From Verrucomicrobiota bacterium (GTDB taxonomy: Bacteria; Verrucomicrobiota; Verrucomicrobiia; Chthoniobacterales; UBA6821), in contig WBXG01000071.1 in the NCBI GenBank assembly GCA_008932965.1, positions 1 through 7,695 on the forward strand: 7,695 nucleotides of DNA. Direction: 5' to 3'. The notes under the pieces were generated by a model. That model worked only from the letters and a program-made list of their open reading frames with translations. It searched no databases and was not told where the DNA came from. Below are positions 1 through 5,528 of this stretch, piece by piece (position 1 is the first letter of the stretch; every line of letters begins with the position of its first letter). The position numbers were made by a program, and so were the translations under genes.

Positions 1-73
1 CTGGTGGAGAGCTCTTGAGGCTTATGAAAAAAATAAAAATTCAATAAAACCTGTTTTTCTTCTAGGAAAACGA

Positions 74-577
74 ATGCTCGTTCTTTGTAATAAAAACGTG
101 ATATGGCTTGGATCAAGATCGTGCCTGATACAAAAAAAAGTACCTTCAGCCAAAATGATTTCCTTGGAGGATGTTCTTTTGCTTCGTGAGGAGATGGAAC
201 GTGGAGAAATGAGACCTGAATTGGAGATGTTATTTCGAGATAGGACGGTTATTCTCGGGGGTGAAGAGGCTATTGCCCAGGCGGCTCTTCTTCAAGATGC
301 AGAGCAACAGATGGGCATCAACCATCTCAATGCCCCAATTTATGGTCTGCTCTTAGTAATGTTAACTATGGGAATGATGATTGCTCTTCGTTTTTCAGAA
401 ATAGATTTTTGGTTTTTTCTATTTTTTCTTATTGTTGTTTATGCTTTTTCTACTTTTATCGTTTTCAATTTCTTAGAGCTTCTCATGCCCCTGGTCATGC
501 CGAGCAGTATTATGATAATAGCTCTTTTAAAAAGAGAGTGGGGGCAGACCCGAAATTCCAGCAGGAACCCTGTTTGA
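74..577 (+). CDS. Hypothetical integral membrane protein (charged soluble N-terminal part plus three C-terminal hydrophobic helices)
   Basis: 167-aa ORF. AGGA at 64-67 lies 6 nt upstream of ATG-74. Three hydrophobic segments are present: APIYGLLLVMLTMGMMIAL, FWFFLFFLIVVYAFSTFIVFNFL and LLMPLVMPSSIMIIALL. No family motif recognised. Caveat: this frame has no stop codon between base 2 and 74, so the gene could extend past the left edge. However, 19-73 is AT-rich and looks intergenic, and another frame ends in TGA at 16-18, consistent with an upstream gene ending there. Confidence 0.55.
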   Translation: MLVLCNKNVIWLGSRSCLIQKKVPSAKMISLEDVLLLREEMERGEMRPELEMLFRDRTVILGGEEAIAQAALLQDAEQQMGINHLNAPIYGLLLVMLTMGMMIALRFSEIDFWFFLFFLIVVYAFSTFIVFNFLELLMPLVMPSSIMIIALLKREWGQTRNSSRNPV

Positions 578-617
578 TTCCTTGCAATAGCTTGGGTACT
601 TCTACTAACGTCACGAC

Positions 618-1226
618 ATGATTACATTTGTTGAGGGAATTTTAGAAAAAGTTTTACCTACCGTAATTGTGATCAATGCGAATGGAATCGGTTATCAAAT
701 TCTCATCCCACTCTCAAGCTTTGATCGGATGCCACCAGTCGGATCGCAGCTCCGGATTGCTACGCATCATCATGTTCGTGAGGATGCACAGTTGCTTTAT
801 GGCTTCTATTCTGAGGCAGAAAGGGATCTCTTTCGCCTTCTTCTGGCTCATGTTTCGGGCGTTGGACCAAAATTAGCATTGGCAATTCTAAGCGGGATGT
901 CCCTTGATCAATTTAAAGCTGCAGTCATTTGCTCCGATATTGTTGCTATCTCTAAGATTTCTGGTGTCGGAAAAAAAACAGCAGAGCGTGTTGTTCTTGA
1001 ACTCAAAGATAAACTCGGTGTGGCTGCTCAGTGGGAAGCAGCATCACTGCAACAAGCTCAAGGAGGAAAAGAAAAATACCTTCACGATGCCATCTTGGCC
1101 CTCATATCACTCGGTTATAAACAGGGAGATGCTGAGCGCGAAGCGCGCAAGGTGCTGGCGCTTCTAGGGGAGATGAGTTCAACGGAAGAAATCGTTCGAG
1201 AGACTTTGAAGAGACTGGTTTCTTAA
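618..1226 (+). CDS. ruvA: Holliday junction branch migration complex subunit RuvA
   Basis: 202-aa ORF with the typical RuvA layout. The N-terminal OB-fold region reads MITFVEGIL...GIGYQILIP...HVREDAQLLYGF. Two helix-hairpin-helix motifs follow (VSGVGPKLALAILS and ISGVGKKTAERVVLELK), then a flexible linker and C-terminal domain III (AILALISLGYKQGDAEREARKVL). Length is typical for RuvA. Confidence 0.95.
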   Translation: MITFVEGILEKVLPTVIVINANGIGYQILIPLSSFDRMPPVGSQLRIATHHHVREDAQLLYGFYSEAERDLFRLLLAHVSGVGPKLALAILSGMSLDQFKAAVICSDIVAISKISGVGKKTAERVVLELKDKLGVAAQWEAASLQQAQGGKEKYLHDAILALISLGYKQGDAEREARKVLALLGEMSSTEEIVRETLKRLVS

Positions 1227-1256
1227 AGTGCCCTTTCCAATTTAATAAACTCACTC

Positions 1257-2225
1257 TCAACTATTGGCAAGTTGCGGAGTAACGCGAGCGCCAGTAGGAC
1301 TGTTTTTAAATAGCGTGCCAGTGGCACTTGGAGTCACAAAATGAGAGGGAGGGATCCCTTTGCGGGAATTATTAGGATCATAGGCTTTAAGGTCCTTCCC
1401 TTGACGTAAAAGCCAGAAGGTATTGTTGGTGCCATAGGTTTTCCAAGGTCCATCGGGAACTGCTGAAGCATCTACAAATTTCCAATCACAATATTCATTC
1501 CTATCAAGTCCAAGATAATCACGGACTGCAGGGGAGACGTCGAGCCCAGCCCCATGGTTTAAATTGGGCCGTGGCCTCTCATTACCAAAGACGTAGTTCG
1601 AGTGATCGGTGCGAAAGGGTCCACAATCTTCCCATTGGGCAAAACAAGTACGGCCATTGTAGTGAATGGCAATCCAGCGTCCCTTGAGGACCGACTGGCC
1701 TGGTTTTACAAAAGCTTCTTTAAACCAAGGAACAATTTTTGCAACCTCTACTTTTGTTCTTCCACGAGTGATATCATTATAAGGGAGAGCACAGTAAAAA
1801 GGATTTTGTTTGGGGATCATTCCTTTAGGGATAAAATTGGATCGAGCAGAAGGCTTGGGGTTATCATAACCGCCAAAATTTCGAGCCCAGTTAGAATCCC
1901 AGGTGCTTTTATTGTTAGGTACAGGATTATTAGCCGAGGGTCTCTCTCCAATCCAAAATACTGTTGTAAAAATATTGCGTTTCCAAGGATATCGATTGAA
2001 CCCTTGTCCCATAGAGGGTGCTTTAGTTTCTATTCGGGGAGTGAGAGTGGAGTCAATGGCTTGCTGACGCAACTTTAAGGCCATTGATTCAAATTCTTTT
2101 TCGCTGTAGGTTCCATTGTTGAGCTTTTCCTTCATTTCAGAGAGTGATGGAATTGCTCGAACTGAATGGATCGTGAAACTCCATAATCCTAAAGAAAGTA
2201 ATGTGATAGTAAAAAAACGAACCAT
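1257..2225 (-). CDS. Secreted protein of unknown function with a C-terminal RlpA/expansin-like double-psi beta-barrel (DPBB) signature
   Basis: Long minus-strand ORF. The ORF track starts at a TTG (2234), but the first ATG is at 2225 and gives MVRFFTITLLSLGLWSFTIHSVRA|IPS, a classic Sec signal peptide with an AxA-like cleavage site. The mature part contains TTVFWIGE, NPFYCALPYND, GRWIAIHYNGRTCFAQWEDCGPF and AGLDVSPAVRDYLGL. These match the order and spacing of the DPBB pattern in RlpA-type proteins (..tAAh.LP.. / vrVtN..NGrsvvvrvnDRGPf / iDLS.aAa..LG). The functional call is inference from motif resemblance only. Confidence 0.8.
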   Translation of the reverse strand: MVRFFTITLLSLGLWSFTIHSVRAIPSLSEMKEKLNNGTYSEKEFESMALKLRQQAIDSTLTPRIETKAPSMGQGFNRYPWKRNIFTTVFWIGERPSANNPVPNNKSTWDSNWARNFGGYDNPKPSARSNFIPKGMIPKQNPFYCALPYNDITRGRTKVEVAKIVPWFKEAFVKPGQSVLKGRWIAIHYNGRTCFAQWEDCGPFRTDHSNYVFGNERPRPNLNHGAGLDVSPAVRDYLGLDRNEYCDWKFVDASAVPDGPWKTYGTNNTFWLLRQGKDLKAYDPNNSRKGIPPSHFVTPSATGTLFKNSPTGARVTPQLANS

Positions 2226-2351
2226 GTGGAACAAGAAGGGTACGAATCTCTTGGTAATTCATACAAGGGTAAATTAAAGTAATATTTTAGATTACTATAG
2301 CATCTCAAAGTTCAATGCGCATGAAATATTCTAGCGATCGAGTGATTTAAT
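2226..2351. promoter_or_regulatory. Divergent AT-rich control region between the secreted DPBB-like gene and rodA
   Basis: This 126-bp spacer separates divergently oriented start codons, so both promoters must lie here. Candidate + strand elements are TTGGTA (2251-2256) and TAAAGT (2275-2280) with an 18-nt spacer. The region also holds one copy of the ATGAAATAT core (2321-2329) and a CGATCG palindrome (2335-2340). No element is close to consensus, so the exact promoter positions are uncertain. Confidence 0.3.
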
Positions 2352-3446
2352 ATGTTTTTTAAAAAATTTTCAGCCCTCAATAAGCCTCTTTTGGTACTCA
2401 TGTTTGCTCTGATCGCTTGTGGTCTCTATTGCATTTATAGTGCAACATGGATGCGTGAAACTCACTTTGTAAGAAGTCAGATTTATTGGTTGGTTTTTAC
2501 AATCCCCCTTTTTTTTGTGATTGCCTTTACTGATTATCGCTGGGTGCGCCTTGGGGCAATCCCACTTTATGGAACGGGCCTTTTAGGACTGCTGCTCGTT
2601 CTTGTTCTTGGAGTAAAAGTCTATGGAGCTCGCAGCTGGCTTAACCTTGGCTTTTGCCATTTTCAACCCTCTGAACTAGCCATTATCGCTGGTATCATGC
2701 TTTTGGCATTGTACCTGAGTAGTTCTGAAAAAAAACATCCCGCAATTCGTATTATCACGTGCGGTGCGATGATGGGTATTCCGTGTCTTTTGATTTTAGT
2801 CCAGCCTAATTTGGGTGGGGCTATTGTCTGGTTTCCTATTTTTTTTGCAATGCTTTATGCCTCTGCTATTCCCGTGAGGTATCTTCTTACCATGCTCTTA
2901 CTAGGCATTGCCTTTACCCCTTTGATGGTTAATTTTGGAATGAAGCCATATCAACGTGATCGTATTACCGTTTTTCTCGACCCTTCTCTAGATCCCCAAG
3001 GAGCAGGATGGAATATAAATCAATCACTCAATGCAATTGGCTCTGGTGGCTTTTGGGGAAAGGGTTTCAAAGCACCCAATACCCTCAATGAACTTGGCTA
3101 CCTTCCTAGTACCATTGTTCACAATGACTTTATTTTTTCGGTCTTGGGGGAACAGCATGGATTTATTGGAGGGGCCATTTTGATTATTCTTTTTGCATTA
3201 TTAATCATTACTGGACTTTTTATTGCTGCCCATGCTTCAGATTTTTTTGGGCGGCTCTTAGCTGTTGGAATTACATTTCTTTTTTTTACTCATGCCTTCA
3301 TGAACATAGGAATGACTATTGGGGTAACTCCTATTACTGGATTGCCACTTCCTCTTGTGAGCTATGGAGGCTCTTTCATGCTTGTTGCTATGCTGAGCCT
3401 TGGACTACTGCAGAGCATTTGGATCCACCGAAAGTTAGTTTATTAA
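2352..3446 (+). CDS. rodA: SEDS-family peptidoglycan glycosyltransferase RodA (rod shape-determining protein)
   Basis: 364-aa polytopic membrane protein. Strong matches to RodA signature blocks: FQPSELAII; QPNLGGAIV; DPSLDPQGAGWNINQSLNAIGSGGFWGKGF (compare E. coli [30 protein letters not shown]); LPSTIVHNDFIFSVLGEQHGFIGG; GLPLPLVSYGGSFMLVAMLSLGLLQSIWIHRK (compare VSYGGSALIV...SIHTHRK). Length matches RodA rather than the usually longer FtsW. Confidence 0.93.
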   Translation: MFFKKFSALNKPLLVLMFALIACGLYCIYSATWMRETHFVRSQIYWLVFTIPLFFVIAFTDYRWVRLGAIPLYGTGLLGLLLVLVLGVKVYGARSWLNLGFCHFQPSELAIIAGIMLLALYLSSSEKKHPAIRIITCGAMMGIPCLLILVQPNLGGAIVWFPIFFAMLYASAIPVRYLLTMLLLGIAFTPLMVNFGMKPYQRDRITVFLDPSLDPQGAGWNINQSLNAIGSGGFWGKGFKAPNTLNELGYLPSTIVHNDFIFSVLGEQHGFIGGAILIILFALLIITGLFIAAHASDFFGRLLAVGITFLFFTHAFMNIGMTIGVTPITGLPLPLVSYGGSFMLVAMLSLGLLQSIWIHRKLVY

Positions 3447-3464
3447 AATTTACCAAAATATATC

Positions 3465-4445
3465 ATGGTGCAAAGCTTGAGCCGTAGTACTACTGCTGCT
3501 AACCCTAACCCAGAGAATCTTTCTCCTAGTGCAAGGAATCCTAAGCAAGGATATTTTTCTTTTTTTTCACGATCTGTTCGTTCTGTTCAAGAGGATCCTT
3601 CGCAGAGACCATTAACTCGATCTTGGGGAATTCGAAGTTTTTTTTCTCGCTTGGGATCTTTTTTTCTAAGTCTTTTTTATGGATCAAATGATTCTTCCAA
3701 TGCTCCCTCTGCTACAGACAAAGATCCCTTTCAGAATTATTCCATTAAACAGGTCCCATCTAAGGAGAATATCACTATTGGTGGTCACTCCATTCCAAGA
3801 AAAGGTAGTTGGTCACCATTAGCTGGCTCGCTGTTTTGCAAATCTTTAGTCACCTCTATTTTGGGAGGAGAGTTAGATGAAGCTACTTTTGATAGCGATG
3901 TAGAACGTTCAATGAAAATTGGCTTAAAGGATTCATCCTCTATCTCTGAAAACAGTTCGAATGATTCAAATGATACTAGAAAAGTTGCTGCTAATGATAT
4001 TTTAAAAGAAGTGGCACAAGTTTTTTTTCCAAAAGAAGCTGAAAATCAGTGCACAGAGAACCTGATTAAGGAACTAAAAGGTCGATTTCATCAGGGTACC
4101 CTGGGAGATATCTTGTCCACCTGCATAAATGAAAAAACTCAAGATTTTGTTTTCATACAGGGATCTCCATCATCTCAATGGCTCTACTCCCCGCATAAGG
4201 AGGGAAATAAAATAGATATTGAAGCCACTTACACATTCAACAAATCAGACGATAATCTGTCTGCTATTTATGATGATCAGCCACATTATTCAGTAAGTCA
4301 TAGTGCTTCTGGAGAAACAAAATTAAAATTAACACTTAGTGTTGATCCAGAGAAAGGTTCAATAAGTCAAATTGATGTGACATCTCTTTTGTTAAATTGG
4401 GAGATAAAGGATAAACCAACTTCTGCTTCCCTGTCTTCGCAGTAG
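3465..4445 (+). CDS. Hypothetical protein with a Ser/Phe/Pro-rich low-complexity N-terminus and an unrecognised C-terminal domain
   Basis: 326-aa uninterrupted ORF starting 18 nt after the rodA stop on the same strand. A 981-nt open frame is unlikely by chance in AT-rich DNA. No signal peptide, no long hydrophobic helix and no catalytic or family motif that I recognise. The N-terminal ~95 aa are compositionally biased, with a duplicated FFSR-type motif (GYFSFFSRSVRS and IRSFFSRLGSFF). The C-terminal part has beta-like alternating segments (KIDIEATYTFNK, ETKLKLTLSVDPEKGSISQIDVTSLLLNWEIKD). Confidence 0.75.
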   Translation: MVQSLSRSTTAANPNPENLSPSARNPKQGYFSFFSRSVRSVQEDPSQRPLTRSWGIRSFFSRLGSFFLSLFYGSNDSSNAPSATDKDPFQNYSIKQVPSKENITIGGHSIPRKGSWSPLAGSLFCKSLVTSILGGELDEATFDSDVERSMKIGLKDSSSISENSSNDSNDTRKVAANDILKEVAQVFFPKEAENQCTENLIKELKGRFHQGTLGDILSTCINEKTQDFVFIQGSPSSQWLYSPHKEGNKIDIEATYTFNKSDDNLSAIYDDQPHYSVSHSASGETKLKLTLSVDPEKGSISQIDVTSLLLNWEIKDKPTSASLSSQ

Positions 4446-4447
4446 AT

Positions 4448-4472
4448 CAGTATGAAATATCCGGGTTAACGC
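4448..4472. repeat. Intergenic repeat copy A (CAGTATGAAATATCCGGGTTAACGC)
   Basis: Starts 3 nt after the TAG stop (4443-4445) of the orphan CDS. It matches 7360-7388 at 23 of 25 aligned positions, with one 4-nt indel. Confidence 0.7.
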
Positions 4473-4529
4473 TGGTAAAGAGCACAAGAGCTTTGCTTTC
4501 ATTAAGAGAAAGGAGTAAGATATCCTGCC

Positions 4530-4904
4530 ATGTTAGTGACACCATCAGCACCTCCTACCTACCGCCTGGGCAATGAAAAGCTTTGCCGCATTACCACCCA
4601 TGCAGCTACAAAATTACTCTCGCTCCTCGAGCGCCAAGGACGCCTTCATGGGGCCCTGCGTATTGCCATTATCGGGGGAGGCTGCTCAGGGCTTCAGTAC
4701 AAAATGGACCTTGTGGAGGGACCTGTGGCACGCGATATCTTAATCGAATCCCAAGGAGTCCGCATTGTCATTGATCCTAAGAGTGCCCTCTTTGTGAGTG
4801 GATCGGAGCTCGATTATAGCGATGATCTTCAAAAGGGGGGATTTAAAGTGACCAATCCTAATGCCGTAGCCCACTGCTCATGCGGTGAAAGTTTTTCTGC
4901 CTAG
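4530..4904 (+). CDS. iscA: A-type iron-sulfur cluster carrier (IscA/ErpA/HesB family)
   Basis: 124-aa ORF carrying the family's three cluster-ligand cysteines in canonical context: GGGCSGLQY in the middle and CSCGESF at the C-terminus. Typical family blocks are also present (RITTHAATKLLSLL, VRIVIDPKSALFVSGSELDY). It lies directly upstream of hscB-hscA. AGGAG at 4511-4515 is 14 nt upstream of the ATG, a long spacing. An ~18-aa N-terminal extension precedes the conserved core. Confidence 0.92.
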   Translation: MLVTPSAPPTYRLGNEKLCRITTHAATKLLSLLERQGRLHGALRIAIIGGGCSGLQYKMDLVEGPVARDILIESQGVRIVIDPKSALFVSGSELDYSDDLQKGGFKVTNPNAVAHCSCGESFSA

Positions 4905-4928
4905 TCGATGAAATCGCTCTAATTTTTC

Positions 4929-5528
4929 ATGATGGCACCTACGCATAGAGATGGGAAGAGTGACCCTTTTGCTTTATTGGAGCTTCCTCGACGTCCCATA
5001 GTCGATCTTGATCTACTAGATAAAAACTTTTCTCGTCTTGCTGCAACCTATCATCCTGATCAGCAAAACGGAGAAGCGATGATGTTTCAAAAAATTCAAG
5101 AAGCAACACGCCTCCTGCGTCATCCAGCCAAACGGCTTCGCTTGCTGGCAGGAGAAGCAACGATGGCTAACAATATTCCGGCAGCTGCTAAAGATTTATT
5201 TTCATCCATAGGGGGGGCATTGCAGCGAGCTACAGAAGTAACAACCAAGTATCATGCTGCTTCAGGGCCCTTGCTGAAAGCTCTCTTGATCAAAGATCTT
5301 CTAGCCGTTCGTGAAGAATTAATTGCTGCCCAAGAATCGCTCGATCAGTGGCTCTCTTCCTTGGATCAAGAATTACAGGAAATGAACCTTCGCTGGCCTC
5401 AGGTCAGCGTTGAGGAACTTCTCTCACTCTCCTATGCCTTCCTCTTGGAACAGCGATGGGATCACCAACTCAGAGAGGCTTTGTTTCAAACCACTATGAT
5501 TGATCATTTTTCTAAGAACCATGAATAA
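4929..5528 (+). CDS. hscB: Fe-S cluster assembly co-chaperone HscB (J-domain protein)
   Basis: 199-aa ORF. The N-terminal J-domain resembles HscB: [34 protein letters not shown] with the HPD tripeptide, followed by [12 protein letters not shown] (compare E. coli TLRHPLMRAEYLL). A helical C-terminal domain follows. The position between the A-type carrier and hscA, and the 8-nt overlap with hscA, both fit. Confidence 0.85.
   Translation: MMAPTHRDGKSDPFALLELPRRPIVDLDLLDKNFSRLAATYHPDQQNGEAMMFQKIQEATRLLRHPAKRLRLLAGEATMANNIPAAAKDLFSSIGGALQRATEVTTKYHAASGPLLKALLIKDLLAVREELIAAQESLDQWLSSLDQELQEMNLRWPQVSVEELLSLSYAFLLEQRWDHQLREALFQTTMIDHFSKNHE

Noticed and set aside
1-18. Possible 3' end of an upstream gene (frame 1 ends in TGA at 16-18)
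   Set aside because: Five codons are too few to support a feature call. It is mentioned only as context for the start of the first CDS.
409-1167. Alternative-frame + strand ORFs (409-621, 676-876, 904-1167), plus 4583-4774 inside iscA
   Set aside because: All are out-of-frame overlaps of better-supported genes (the membrane protein, ruvA and iscA). Their translations are compositionally odd and contain no recognisable domains.
1227-1256. Looked for a bidirectional terminator in the 30-nt gap between convergent ruvA and the secreted-protein gene
   Set aside because: Only a 5-bp CCAAT/ATTGG pairing with a long loop is present, with no GC-rich stem or T-tract. There is no support for calling a terminator.
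1602-2078. 158-aa + strand ORF antisense to the secreted DPBB-like gene
   Set aside because: It lies entirely inside a much longer minus-strand CDS that has a signal peptide and conserved-looking motifs. Its translation is low-complexity (runs of S/I/F) with no recognisable motif. It is a typical shadow ORF.
2226-2234. TTG at 2234 as the start of the secreted protein (ORF-track start)
   Set aside because: An ATG three codons downstream (2225) gives a cleaner signal-peptide n-region (MVRFF...). Neither candidate start has a Shine-Dalgarno sequence. The ATG is preferred, but the TTG cannot be excluded.
3554-3678. Several homopolymeric T tracts (T8 at 3560-3567 and 3638-3645, T7 at 3659-3665, T6 at 3673-3678) early in the orphan CDS, considered as possible phase-variation switches
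   Set aside because: They encode Phe-Phe (TTT TTT) in a Phe-rich segment. Equivalent T8 runs occur in rodA (2509-2516 and 2839-2846) and an A8 run in ruvA (971-978). Long homopolymers therefore look like a genome-wide codon and composition habit, not a locus-specific contingency signal. Only population sequencing could show otherwise.
4939-5160. 73-aa minus-strand ORF inside hscB
   Set aside because: It is short, fully embedded antisense to the J-domain-coding region, and has no start context or motif.
5500-5520. ATG-5500 as the hscA start (ORF-track start)
   Set aside because: It would add MIIFLRT and overlap hscB by 29 nt. ATG-5521 gives the common ATGAATAA coupling overlap and a 16-residue lead before GIDLGTT, similar to other HscA proteins. 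This remains unproven.
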